From Prasinococcaceae sp. CCMP 1430 (Eukaryota; Plantae; Prasinodermophyta): DNA of 64,000 bases. Below, one piece after another: positions 22,768-33,402 of this stretch; position 1 is the stretch's first letter; each line of letters opens with the position of its first letter. The position numbers and the translations under genes are program-made. The notes beneath the pieces are model-generated. The model searched no databases, was not told the DNA's origin, and worked only from the letters and a program-made list of their open reading frames with translations. Location of the stretch: the NCBI GenBank assembly GCA_013416795.1, contig RQSC01000397.1:15239-79238 (forward strand), written 5' to 3'.

Positions 22768-22899
22768 CGCGCGGCTCGTGCGCTCGTGCTCATGCCATGC
22801 GTGCTCGCGGCGCGCTCACATTTTTTTTTCTGTTTTGTTGGTGTACAAAAATGGGTGTAATGATACAGGTCGGTAAACCGCGCATGTAACGCGAGTGCC

Positions 22900-25800
22900 T
22901 CAGTCATCAACGTCCATCATAGCAGCCTCGCTGCGCGCGACCTCCTCGGCGTCGCTCATGAGCTGCTCCTCAACTGCGGCAGGCGACTTGTCGGTAGTCT
23001 TTTTCGCGGCGCCCGCAGTCTGCGTCAGCGTGGCGGCCGTCGCCTTCGCAGACGCGGCCTCCTCCTTAAGCGAGCTACGGCGTGTACGCTCCTCGGACAG
23101 CCAGTCATCGATGCGTGCCTTGAGCTCGGCCTGTGGGACGAGCATGTCCAAGGTGAGCTCCGAGCGGTTGAAGGGATCCGAGGAATCGGTGAGAAGGTGG
23201 CGTTCTATGACCGACCGCTCGCAGACGACGCCACTCGACGGCAGCTTCACCGGGTCGCGCATGATTTCAGAGCAGATAGGGTCCACGAACTCATCAGGCG
23301 CCTCGTCGGGCTCGGCGTTGAGATCGAGCGACGCCTGCACTGCCGCGTGCAAGCCAATGAGCTCCGTGCGGTGGACGTGCTCCGGGTTGGTCGACATGGA
23401 AGACGTGTTCGCGGAGAGTCCCTGCAGGTACTCAATGCAGGGCAGGATGGCATCGCCCCTCGAGGTGGCGAGCGCCTCCGCGGGGGTCTCGGCCGACTTG
23501 AAATGACGCGCTGCCATGTGCAGGGTCACGAGGATTGACGTGACGGGGCCTAGGATACCTGTGCGACTGATCTTGCTGAGCTGTGGCGCGCGCTGCGCCA
23601 GCGTATCGTTGAAGAGCGCGGCGCCTTTGCCAGCAGTGGTGAGCGTAAGCACGAAGGCGAGCACCTCGGCGAGCCGCCCGAGACTCAACGCTGAGCCCTG
23701 TGTTCCGCCGTTGCCTCCGAGCAAAACCCTGGGACACTCGATCGAAATCACCTCGAGCAGGCACAGCAGGTTGACGCTGAGCTCATACATAATATTGCAC
23801 TTTCGCATCATCTGATTTTGCTGCGGGCTGAGCATGGACGGCGGAGGTGCGGCCGCACCCGCAGCGCCCGCCCGCGCCGCTCCGACAGCGATCCCGGGAC
23901 CGCCACCGCCCGTCCTGGCCACGCCAGCACCAGCGCCTCCACCGTCTGCGCCCTGGGGTGCCCTGCCGCCGAGTAGCACCTGAGGGAAGTCCGACTGCGC
24001 GCTGTTGGCCCTTGCGTCAGCTAGCTCCTTCATCGACATGTGAAACTCCGAGACGGTCCAGTTGAGGGTGTTGAGCGCACGGTCCATGAAGACCTTGCAC
24101 ACTTCGGACTTCGCCAACTCGGCACGCATGCTACAGCGGTAGATATGCCCTGACCCTGCGTACTGCTGCGAGCGCGAGTACTTGGGATGGAAGCCGCGCG
24201 CACGGCTGAGCCTGAGCATGATGTTGGCAGCCGGGATCCAGAAGCGCTGGTCGAAGCATGCAAACAGCGCGCGCATCATGTGCGACTTGCCGATCTGGCT
24301 CTCCTGGAAGGCCGCGAGGTAGTCGCTGTACTGGAGCAGCACCGACGCTGACTGCAGCACAATGTCGCGCACGTCCGGGTTGATGATGCGCCTGTCGTCG
24401 GCGTGGATGGTCAAGAAAGTCACGATGGATGCCACTGTCGTGTCCTTGGTGCTAAAGGCGGCCATGCAGGTGGGATCCGACCTGCGCATCGCGTGGAAGG
24501 CGTCGAGCAACGTCTCGATATAGCACTCGGGCACCCACGCCCACAGGTCTGACCGCGAGCTGAGGGAAATCAGCAGGCGCGCAATGAGGCCGGTGATGGC
24601 GAGCACGTTGGTCTGCATGTGTGACGACTGCAGCGTGACGCGTTGGTACGCGGCGGCGCGCACGCTGGCGATCGCGTCGTCGCGCAGCGCGTCCCGAGCC
24701 CGTCGCAGGTCCTCGAGGGCAGATTCCGCAGCCGTCATCGACGGCGTGGGTGCAGGTGGCCGCGCAGCGACGCCGTCTGCGCGCCCGCTTCCACTGCTGT
24801 CTAAATCGCCACCACCTGCGAGATGATTGCCTTCGCTGCTTCCAGCGGTGTCGCCGCTGCTGACTGCGCCGCCGGTGCCGGGGCTGTCGGCGGCTGCGAC
24901 ACCCTCATCGCCGCCTTGCGCTCCCTCCGACTCCATAGCTTCGGCGCTGCGCTCTGCTTCCCGAGCTGCAACGGCCTCCCGCTCGTCAAGGCTGCGCTCG
25001 GTCTCACTCAGGTTCGCAACTGACGCCTGCTGCTGCGCGTGGAACCAGCTGGCCTGTTTGAAGCCTTGGCATACGGCAATATGGTACAGCACAATGACAG
25101 CATCCAGCAGCTCGAAGCTCTCGTCGACTGTGAAATCTGCTGGTGTCGCGTCCTCGCGACCATGCACGAGCTCGAGGGGCGTCCTACTGTCTGTGAGCTT
25201 GGCACTGTTCTCTCTACCTGCGACTGCACCTGTCAGCCCCTGTGAGGCGTCGCTTCCTTCCGCTGGTCCAGCAGCGGGGCCCGCGCCGGGGAAGCGTGGT
25301 CGGTCGATGTCTGTGGCCATCTCCTCGCCTTCACCCTGGTCGCCGTCGCGATCGCCCGCGGCGCCGTCTTCGTCCTCGTCGGGATCACGCACGCCCTTGA
25401 CGAGACGGCCAGTGAGCGCGCCGTTGGCTGCCGCCAGCTGCGCCTCCGCAGTCGCACCGAACACCTCGATAGCGGGCATGCTGCGCATCTGCTCTTCGGA
25501 TGCTACCGCGTGCTTGCGCAGGTGGCCAAGCGCGCCACCGATGCGGGGGTAGTCGAGGTCGTCCGCATAGCGCGGAAGCAGATTCGAGGGTTTCCATTTG
25601 AGCGGCAGCTTCGATTTGAGCAGCGGCTGCATCAGCTGCAGGAGAGCGAAGTACAGCGACACGAGCACCGTCGGATCCGTGAGGCCGGGTGGGGGCACGT
25701 TGCGCGTGGCACCCCGATTCTTGCGCACAATGGACTCGACGAAGTTGAAGAGCCGTCGCCCGCGCACGGCTTGCCCGGGTGGCTTGAAGACCAGCACGCG

Positions 25801-27762
25801 GCGCAGCAGCGCCACCTTGAGGTCGTTGTTCAGCGCCTGGTGCGGCTTGAGCGGACCGGCGACGCCGTCCATCCATGCGGACACGTGTTTTGAGTCCGCA
25901 CGGCGAGGAGGCATCGCGGTGGCCGGCAATATTACCTGCAAGTCGGACTCATTCGGAGCTTTCATCGCCAGCAGGCCCTCCATGTGCCCATAGAACTCGG
26001 GCATCACGCTCCAGGCGTCCATCGCAGCATCGGATCGCGCGATAGCGAGGGCGAGCGCGACGAATGTGCTCGAGGTCGGTGCACCCTCGGCGATGGGAAA
26101 CGCCAGCGACGAGCGCGCGCGAAGCGCAACCGTATCGAAAAGCGCCCTCAGTAGCTTGTGTACATCTGACTGCTCGCCCGTTGCGCCGATACTGTTGATG
26201 CAGTGCGCGACGAGATGCGTGCCTAGAGACGGATCGTTGAGCGCGCTTGTGGTACCACCCGCCGCGACCTCGCGCTCCACTTCTGCGAGTTGCTGCGGAC
26301 AGCCAGGCTCGAGCATGCCAAGGATCATGGGGAGTACGGCGTCAGCGACCAGATAGTCGCTGGCAGCGACGAGCGGCAGCAGCCTCTCGCAGACGGTCCT
26401 GCAGAGCAGTAGGGCGTGCGACTCCCCCAGCGCGCCGCGCGACGAGGGCGACGGTGCATCTGGCCCCGCGCCGCCGCCGCCACCCCTGCTCGCCCTCATG
26501 ATGCGTCCCAGCGTGTCGGCAAGGTAGCGCCCTCGCTTGAGGTCGGCGACGGGAGGCGGCAGCTGCATCGGCGTGAAGCCATCGATAGGGTACAGAAAGG
26601 GGCGGTCGCCAAAGTTGACGTCGCATTTCTCGCCATGGCTCAGACTCAAGGCGGGAAAGTAAGCCAGGCCGCTCTCGAACCCCTTGACGCCGGTGAACGC
26701 GACTCCCATGTCGACGCCATTGCGAGCGTACGAGATCTCGCCGGCGTCCAGATCGATCATGCAGCCGATGACGTCTCCCTTGGCCCACTGCTGCCCGTAG
26801 GCGCTTGACTCCACCGACCATTTGCGCACGCGCTTGCCGTCGTACGCGAACGAGTTCGGTGCGTCCCCAACGCCCTCTTCATTTGTAAACGGGCAGCTCA
26901 GGGTGGCCCAGCCGATCTGCTGGATGCCCGATGTGCCCAGCGTGATTTCGTACATCCAGCTGCCGCCGTAGACGCACGAGTTCGCGCGAGCGGAGCTGAA
27001 GTTCGAAAGGGACTCCAGCCGCCCGCTGCGCTCGAATGTGATCCGGCCGGACAGTGACCGTGCCTCCATTCGCACGCGGGTGCCCTCGGGCGTAAGGATG
27101 CCGAAACGCCCAGGGGCGCCTGCGCCGCCGGGTGGGACCTGTGCGGGCGCGCTGCCATGGGCGGGGGCAGCCGAGTCCTGCTCGTCAGCACCCCCTGGCT
27201 CGACCTGCTCCTCAGATGGGGCCATCGTGACATCGCCGTCGCCCCCGGGTGCTGCCTCCTGCGCCCCCGCCTCTGCGCCCTTCTCACCCGAGGTGGGATT
27301 TGCGAGCGCCGCGGCTGGGCCCGCCAATTGTCCGCTGCCTCCCACCTCGCCGCACGACTCGTCAGCCCCGAGGTGCTCGAGGTGCGCATCGATCGCATCC
27401 TGGATCATCGCGAAGTCGGGCCAGGCCGACGCCCCCTGCTTCGCCCGTCGCACAAGGGAGAGCCACTCGCCGGCATCACCGTCCGCGTGGCCCGCGCCCA
27501 CTGGCCTGCCTGCCGCGCCGAGCACGTACCGCAGCTCGCGCTCAAGCGACTCCTCGCCGAGGGCCTCTGCGCTCACCTCCATTCTCTGCGCGATCACACC
27601 GACGCCGTCCTGCAGCGCGCCGTGTGCCGCAGCGAGAGCGGCCGCGGAGAGCGCATCGGCCTCGCTCCCACCGGCGACCCCGCCCTTGTCGTCAGCGAGC
27701 AGCAGCGCAAGGCCGCGGGGCGCCTGCTGCGCATCCACGCCGTCGTCGTCGGGCCGCGTCAT
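22900..27762 (-). CDS. E3 ubiquitin ligase: RKP/KPC1-like SPRY domain and body, UFD2-core-like region, C-terminal U-box
   Basis: SPRY: SNFSSARANSCVYGGSWMYEITLGTSGIQQIGWAT...YFPALSLSHGEKCDVNFG. RKP-like DYPRIGG and WVPECYIETLLDAFHA. U-box: APDEFVDPICSEIMRDPVKLPSSGVVCERSVIERHLL...DPFNRSELTLDMLVP. Single exon. Confidence 0.85.
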   Translation of the reverse strand: MTRPDDDGVDAQQAPRGLALLLADDKGGVAGGSEADALSAAALAAAHGALQDGVGVIAQRMEVSAEALGEESLERELRYVLGAAGRPVGAGHADGDAGEWLSLVRRAKQGASAWPDFAMIQDAIDAHLEHLGADESCGEVGGSGQLAGPAAALANPTSGEKGAEAGAQEAAPGGDGDVTMAPSEEQVEPGGADEQDSAAPAHGSAPAQVPPGGAGAPGRFGILTPEGTRVRMEARSLSGRITFERSGRLESLSNFSSARANSCVYGGSWMYEITLGTSGIQQIGWATLSCPFTNEEGVGDAPNSFAYDGKRVRKWSVESSAYGQQWAKGDVIGCMIDLDAGEISYARNGVDMGVAFTGVKGFESGLAYFPALSLSHGEKCDVNFGDRPFLYPIDGFTPMQLPPPVADLKRGRYLADTLGRIMRASRGGGGGAGPDAPSPSSRGALGESHALLLCRTVCERLLPLVAASDYLVADAVLPMILGMLEPGCPQQLAEVEREVAAGGTTSALNDPSLGTHLVAHCINSIGATGEQSDVHKLLRALFDTVALRARSSLAFPIAEGAPTSSTFVALALAIARSDAAMDAWSVMPEFYGHMEGLLAMKAPNESDLQVILPATAMPPRRADSKHVSAWMDGVAGPLKPHQALNNDLKVALLRRVLVFKPPGQAVRGRRLFNFVESIVRKNRGATRNVPPPGLTDPTVLVSLYFALLQLMQPLLKSKLPLKWKPSNLLPRYADDLDYPRIGGALGHLRKHAVASEEQMRSMPAIEVFGATAEAQLAAANGALTGRLVKGVRDPDEDEDGAAGDRDGDQGEGEEMATDIDRPRFPGAGPAAGPAEGSDASQGLTGAVAGRENSAKLTDSRTPLELVHGREDATPADFTVDESFELLDAVIVLYHIAVCQGFKQASWFHAQQQASVANLSETERSLDEREAVAAREAERSAEAMESEGAQGGDEGVAAADSPGTGGAVSSGDTAGSSEGNHLAGGGDLDSSGSGRADGVAARPPAPTPSMTAAESALEDLRRARDALRDDAIASVRAAAYQRVTLQSSHMQTNVLAITGLIARLLISLSSRSDLWAWVPECYIETLLDAFHAMRRSDPTCMAAFSTKDTTVASIVTFLTIHADDRRIINPDVRDIVLQSASVLLQYSDYLAAFQESQIGKSHMMRALFACFDQRFWIPAANIMLRLSRARGFHPKYSRSQQYAGSGHIYRCSMRAELAKSEVCKVFMDRALNTLNWTVSEFHMSMKELADARANSAQSDFPQVLLGGRAPQGADGGGAGAGVARTGGGGPGIAVGAARAGAAGAAAPPPSMLSPQQNQMMRKCNIMYELSVNLLCLLEVISIECPRVLLGGNGGTQGSALSLGRLAEVLAFVLTLTTAGKGAALFNDTLAQRAPQLSKISRTGILGPVTSILVTLHMAARHFKSAETPAEALATSRGDAILPCIEYLQGLSANTSSMSTNPEHVHRTELIGLHAAVQASLDLNAEPDEAPDEFVDPICSEIMRDPVKLPSSGVVCERSVIERHLLTDSSDPFNRSELTLDMLVPQAELKARIDDWLSEERTRRSSLKEEAASAKATAATLTQTAGAAKKTTDKSPAAVEEQLMSDAEEVARSEAAMMDVDD

Positions 27763-29072
27763 TCGCCGCGTGCGCGCGCGAGCAGCGCCGCCGCCCCCGC
27801 GCGTGGCGTGGCTCGCCGCCCTGCTTCCCGCCCGCCGAGCGTGGACACTTTCGCGCACGCGTCAGCCCACAGGGCCGCGAGGGCGGCGGCAGCGGCGGCC
27901 GGCGGGGGGGAGCACGCGCTCGCTTGCTCGTGCTGACCAGCGCGCGACCCGCGCGCGCCAAGAGGCCACGGCGCAAAAAGGACGTGCGAGGGCCGCGGGG
28001 CGTCCGCTCACAACACCCTTCTGGCCGCTTGGCGCACGTGCCCCCGAAGGGGATGGTTGGGTGCGTGGGGAGGAGTCGGAGGGGCTGGTAGAGAGCCTCG
28101 GCTCGAGCTCGAGCTGCCCCGCCCGCCGCTCCGCGCGAGTCCCTCGGGAGGGGGGGGGCGAGGGAAAGGGGGCGAGGCGCGAGCGCGCTGTGGCCCTGCC
28201 TGTCTGTGGGCCCCGCGCGCGATCGCTCCGACCGTCGCGCGTCGGTCGGTGCGATCGCGCGCGCGCGCCTCCAAAACTCAGATCAAATCTCTGATGAAGC
28301 GTCGATCGAAGCTTCGCTTCCGCTTCCGCGCGCGCCGCGCGCAGCCCATGCCGCGGTTCCATCAGTCGACAGTCAGTCAGAGTCAGTTGGCGCGTGGACG
28401 CGGATCCGGTTGCGCGCAGTGCCGGTGACGCCCGGCCGGCGCCAACGCGCCGGAGCGTATCAATTCGTTGGGTAATTTCCGCCGCGCCCGCGCCGCACGC
28501 CGCGGCGCAGCGCGGCCGGCTCCGGCTCCGGAAGGAAGGTCGGGCCGACCCGCGTCCGCGCGCCCACCCCGACCGGAGTGGCGCGCTCGTCTCTCCCGGG
28601 ACTGGCCGGGAGCGCGTGCAACCCGCACATCGTGATGGGGGGACGAATACGTTCCAGCTCCCCCCCAGCTGGCTCCCCCCCCCGCATGCAAAGTGATGTA
28701 GGGCGGCGGATTCCATTGACCTAGTTTTCAATGCATCTGGCTTTTTGCGCGGGGCGGCGCGCTTTCTCGCGCCGGCGAATCCCCGCGGCCGGGCCCGGCG
28801 CCGGCAGAGCGCCCGCGCGCGCGGGCGGGGGAAGNNNNNNNNNNNNGCGCGGCGCGGCGCGGCGGCGCGTGCGCGCCGCGCGGCCGCCACTGCGCGCGTG
28901 GAAGGGAGGGCAGGCCACGGTGGCACTTATCAGGCTTGTCGGAGCGTTCCACTCGCAACGACCTGTGCGGAGCCTAGGCGCACCTCTGTCTGCGGCCGTA
29001 CGCCGTCGCGGCCACCGCCTTCGGCCGGTGCCGCGGCCCTGGTGCCGCAGTAGGGTTCTCGTCCAAGCGAAT

Positions 29073-30173
29073 ATGGCGAGCGCCCGCAGCACGGCGGCGC
29101 CGCGGCGCCGCGTCCCCTTTGCATCCATCGCTGTGGCTTGTGCCTGTTTTGTTGCAGGCCTCGCGGCCGGCCGCAGAAGCGGGGTACCGCCTGCAACAGA
29201 ATGTGCGCGGGTCCCTCGGCACACTTTGATCGGAGGTAGCAGCGCCCCATTCCCGCAGGCTGTGTCCGAGTGCCGCCTCCTTGTCGACATGGGAGACGGC
29301 GTGGGGGCGATCGAGCAAATCTATCCGCAGGCGTCCGCCTTTGCTGGTCTCAGGCCTCTCTCTAGCGTGCCTACTGCTTTCCCCGCGCCGGCTTGTGGCT
29401 CGATCGTGATGGACAACGTGTACAAGGACGAAGAGCTATCGTCAAAGACTGCGCACATGGCAAGAGTCGAGGCGATGATCGCGGGCTTCCTCGACCAAGC
29501 CCCCCACAGCTCGTGCGCAGGCCTGAAGAAGTCGAGTCTTGCGATGCTCGGGCTCGAGCTCGAATACATATCTGGCCTGATGATAAATCTTAAGCCGGAG
29601 ACGTACGTGGAGTGGGGCACCGGCATGTCGAGTCAGTGGTATCCTCTCTTAGCGTGGCGCAGCCTAGCCATCGATCACGTCCCCGCGTGGTGCGATCAGG
29701 TAGGCGGGCTCGCTGTGCCCTCGTGCCTCACAGAGAAAGGTGCCTTCACCATGTCGTGCGCGCAGGGCGTCCCCATGGAGAAGCTGGGGGAGTTCGGTAC
29801 GGTGAGTCCAGATTTGAGCCCTGAAGAGAAAGAGACAGTCGTGCACGACATTTTCGAGGCGTACGTTGAGAATGGCGGCCGCGCCGTGGCGGATACTTTC
29901 GGCGCGGCGGACAGTGTTGACTTTGCGCTGGTGGACGGGCGCTTCCGCGTGGCCTGCGCCCTGCGTCTCTTGCCAATGCTGCGCGAGCGAGCCGTGGTTG
30001 TCCTGCACGATTTCTGGGCGCGCGTGGGTGCCTACAAGGATGTTTTTCGCTACTACGACGTGATAGGAGCTCAGCAGTCGGTGGTGGCGCTGCGGAAGAA
30101 GCCAGAGTCGCAGCTGCCTGGGAGTTGGCGCACCGACTACCTCAAGTACAACAACTTGGCCGGTCAGGCATGA
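29073..30173 (+). CDS. Type II membrane protein with a class I SAM-methyltransferase-like fold, substrate unknown
   Basis: N-terminal anchor (PFASIAVACACFVAGLAAG), motif I-like YVEWGTGMSS, LAIDHVPAWC, DFALVDGRFRVACAL, VVLHDF. Confidence 0.65.
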   Translation: MASARSTAAPRRRVPFASIAVACACFVAGLAAGRRSGVPPATECARVPRHTLIGGSSAPFPQAVSECRLLVDMGDGVGAIEQIYPQASAFAGLRPLSSVPTAFPAPACGSIVMDNVYKDEELSSKTAHMARVEAMIAGFLDQAPHSSCAGLKKSSLAMLGLELEYISGLMINLKPETYVEWGTGMSSQWYPLLAWRSLAIDHVPAWCDQVGGLAVPSCLTEKGAFTMSCAQGVPMEKLGEFGTVSPDLSPEEKETVVHDIFEAYVENGGRAVADTFGAADSVDFALVDGRFRVACALRLLPMLRERAVVVLHDFWARVGAYKDVFRYYDVIGAQQSVVALRKKPESQLPGSWRTDYLKYNNLAGQA

Positions 30174-30223
30174 CTCAAGTGACGCACGGCGGCGGCGGCA
30201 GCGGCAGCAGCGGCGGCTGCAGC

Positions 30224-31422
30224 ATGCGCGTCATGGCCGAGGCCGTGCAGGCGGTGCCTCCGGCGGTCGGCGCGGGCTTCAACGGCAAGCAACGGCCTCC
30301 GGCTCCGCCGCTCAATCCGGCGCTGCGCAAAAAGGGCGAGGTGCAGCCGTGGATGAAGGCCGTCGCAGGCTCGGTGGGCGGCATCGTCGAAGCGTGCTGC
30401 CTGCAGCCGGTGGACGTGATGAAGACGCGCCTGCAGCTGGACTCCACGGGGACGTATCGCGGCATGGTGCACTGCGGCACCACCATCGCCCGTGAGGAGG
30501 GCATTGCGGCGCTGTGGAAGGGCCTGGCGCCCTTTTCCTGCCACCTGACACTCAAGTACACCATGCGCATGGGAACCAATGCGCTGTACACGAACGCGCT
30601 GCGCGACGAGAATGGCGAGCTCTCGCTGGGGCGCCGCATCGCGGCGGGTTTGGGCGCAGGCGTCACCGAGGCGGTTTTGGTGGTGACTCCATTCGAGGTG
30701 GTGAAGGTACGGTATGGCGCCGGCGCGGACACCACTCGCAGGCTCGGCCGGCCCTTCGTCGCCCGAACAGCGAGGCATCGACACCGCCGCGCTCCGGTTT
30801 CGCGCGCTTGCAATCGTGGCAGGTGTGCCGTCCTGAGCGCGAGCGCCTGCGCTTGCTTGCCCCCCGGCCCCCCTCTGACGCAACTCTACGTCGCGTGCCC
30901 CCGCAGATTCGGCTGCAGCAGCAGGTGGGGCTTGCTAAGGAGCAGCTCAAATACAAGGGGCCCCTCCACGCTGCGAGGACCATTGTGCGCGAGGAGGGCG
31001 TGCTCGCACTGTGGAGCGGTGTGGCGCCCACCGTCTGCCGCAATGGCACCAATCAGGCGCTCATGTTTCCGCTCAAGTGGGGGTGTGACAGCTTGCTCTG
31101 GGGCAAGAAGGACGGCGACGGTCAGGTGCTGACGCCCGGACAGAGCATGACGAGCGGCTTCGTGGCGGGCATGGCGGGGCCCTTCGCCACGGTGGCATTT
31201 GACGTCGTCAAGACGCGCATGATGGCGCAGGACCGAAACAATCCCAAGTATCGGTCCATGCTGCACGCGCTCGTGGAGATTCCGCGTCAGGAGGGCTTGG
31301 GTGCGCTCTTCAAGGGGCTTGTGCCGAGGCTGTGCCGCATCCCGCCCGGCCAGGCCATCGTGTGGGCCGTGGCGGACCAGATCACGCAGAGGCTCGCTGC
31401 CGCCAATGGAATCGACCACTGA
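30224..31422 (+). CDS. SFC1: Mitochondrial succinate/fumarate carrier (intron 30707-30906; alternative in-frame ATG at 30170)
   Basis: Three carrier repeats: EACCLQPVDVMKTRLQ, VTPFEVVK/IRLQQQ, AFDVVKTRMMAQ; also LTLKYTMRMG and RNGTNQA. Confidence 0.9.
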
Positions 31423-31725
31423 TGCTGCCACGCACGCTTGCCACCTTCTCGGCTGTCCGCCGGAGACAGGGTGAAGGGTCACGCGGCCTCAGTGTCCCAG
31501 GTAGGGACGAACCTAATAATCGTACATGTAGTAATAGGGAACACAGGCACCCATCAAGCCAAGCGCGAGCGAGCGCCTACGCGAGCGAGCGCCTGAGCAT
31601 CCACGACAGGTGCGTATGCCTGCAGCTGGGCGGCGAGTGCGCGCAAGGGCGGGCGGCGCGGCGTGCGGGCGGCGGCGCTCCGGCCCCGCGCTGCTCCGGG
31701 GTATGGAGTTAGCGACACAATAGCT

Positions 31726-32640
31726 TTACAGGCTGCTGAGCTTGAGGAGCTTCTGCGCGCACGCCTCGCTGTCGAGGTCCTCGAGCTGGTCGAAGAGCGA
31801 GCCCTTGCTGCCGTCCTCGCACATGACCTGCGGGTCAACGGTGCCGTCCCTGATATACTTCTCCGGCACGCCCAGACGGAGCAGCTCCTTGCCGAAGCCG
31901 TCCTCCTCGAGCTTGGCACCCACCCAGTTCAGGCGCTCGGCGAGGCCCTCGAACGGCGAGGCCGAGGCGTGCACGCCGTTGTCGCCGACATTGGGCGCCG
32001 AGGTCAGGCCAAGAGCCTCCCAGTCGGCGTTGATGATGCCGCGCAGCGAGTCAGCGGGCGCCTCAGCCGGGTCGGTGGGGCCCAGCACCTTGCCGCGGAA
32101 GTCGGCCCACGGGCACTGGTCGGCGTCCCACTCGACGACGTAGTAGTGGATGTTGAGGCCCGGCGCGGTGAACTTGGAGCGCATCGACATGAAGAAGCCG
32201 TTGAACGCGTAGATGGGCTCCTTGCCCTCAATCTCGAGCAGGCCGCAGTAGAAGCCGCCGCCGAACTTGATCATCTTGCCCGCCTTCTTGCACTTGGCCC
32301 ACTCCTTGTCCAGGCCGTCGGCGTCGAGGCCGAGCTTCTCGCACGCGTCCATCGCGTTGAAGACCTTGCCCTCATCGAGCGCGGTCTGCCAGTCCAGGCC
32401 GAACTGGGCCTTGAACTTGTCGGCGGGCACGTTCAGCTCGTTGGGCTTGAGGATGGTCGCCTTGGAGGCGATAGCGTAGTAGTGCTGGTCGATGAGCTTC
32501 TTGGAGTCGATCTCCTCCGAGGCAATCTTGCCCTCCTTGAGGATGGTGATGCCCTTGGCGGCGAGGGTCTCCGACACGAGCTTCTCCACCTTGGGGGTCA
32601 CCGCGTGGGGCTTGATGAACACGAAGGCCGAGTTCTTGGT
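31726..32640 (-). CDS. Atypical long nucleoside-diphosphate-kinase-like protein (main exon; 5' exon near gap)
   Basis: NDK N-terminal motif AFVFIKPHAV, FRGKVLGPTDPAEAPADSLRG, catalytic-His motif GDNGVHASASPFE. Acceptor CAG at 32643-32641. Confidence 0.75.
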   Translation of the reverse strand, partial: TKNSAFVFIKPHAVTPKVEKLVSETLAAKGITILKEGKIASEEIDSKKLIDQHYYAIASKATILKPNELNVPADKFKAQFGLDWQTALDEGKVFNAMDACEKLGLDADGLDKEWAKCKKAGKMIKFGGGFYCGLLEIEGKEPIYAFNGFFMSMRSKFTAPGLNIHYYVVEWDADQCPWADFRGKVLGPTDPAEAPADSLRGIINADWEALGLTSAPNVGDNGVHASASPFEGLAERLNWVGAKLEEDGFGKELLRLGVPEKYIRDGTVDPQVMCEDGSKGSLFDQLEDLDSEACAQKLLKLSSL

Positions 32641-33062
32641 CTGCGCATCGCATCGCCGCCGCGACGGGACGCAGGCGCGCGGCGCATATCGGCCGCAGCA
32701 GAGGCCGCCGCCGGCGAGCAGCACGCCGCGGGTGCACATCCGGCCGGGTATGGTGGGCGGAAAGAGAGGCAAGACAGTCAGCGAGGTGGACATTGCAGGC
32801 GGCAGATGCGCGGGCACGCCGGACGCGCTGGCGGTCGGGCGGCCCCGCGCGCGGNNNNNNNNNNNNNNNNNNNNNNNNNNNNNNNNNNNNNNNNNNNNNN
32901 NNNGCTCGCGTGGTCGCCGCGGTCGCGGCCGCGCTCCGTCCCGCCCATACCGCGGAGTTCCGGATGGCGGCGGCTGGCTGCGGCGGCTGGGCTGACACCT
33001 CGCCGCCCCCTCCTCGCGCAGCAGCCCGCGATGCGGGCCGCGCGTATCGATACGCATTCATT

Positions 33063-33098
33063 AAAAACAAAACAAAATAAAACAAAATAAAACAAAAA
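33063..33098. repeat. A-rich pentamer microsatellite (AAAAC/AAAAT)
   Basis: aaaaacaaaacaaaataaaacaaaataaaacaaaaa. Confidence 0.85.
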
Positions 33099-33390
33099 CT
33101 TTCGCGGAGGCCTGCCTGGCCGCCAAGCCTTGCCCCCCCCAGCATGCTCTGCCTGCCTGTGCCAACCAACCCCAACCAAGCCTGCGCTCACTCACAGTCG
33201 AAGTAGGTCTCAGTGAGTTGGTGGTGCACTTTTTGCTTTTTTTGGTGGCTTTTCATTTTCGGATGGTTTTCCCACCACGATGCTCGTCGGAATCGCTCTT
33301 TCCTTCCCCCCTTTTGCCGTGGGGGTTGCACCGGGTGCATTGCAGAGGATTGGCCTGTCCGGATCCGGATTCCTGATCTTAACCCTATAT

Positions 33391-33402
33391 CTAAACCCTA
33401 AA
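33391..33402 (+). promoter_or_regulatory. Telomere-like CTAAACCCTAAA (telo-box AAACCCTAA) upstream of NOL11-like gene
   Basis: Exact plant-type telomeric sequence, preceded by a degenerate AACCCTA, in an AT-richer stretch. No other copy seen in the window. Confidence 0.5.
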
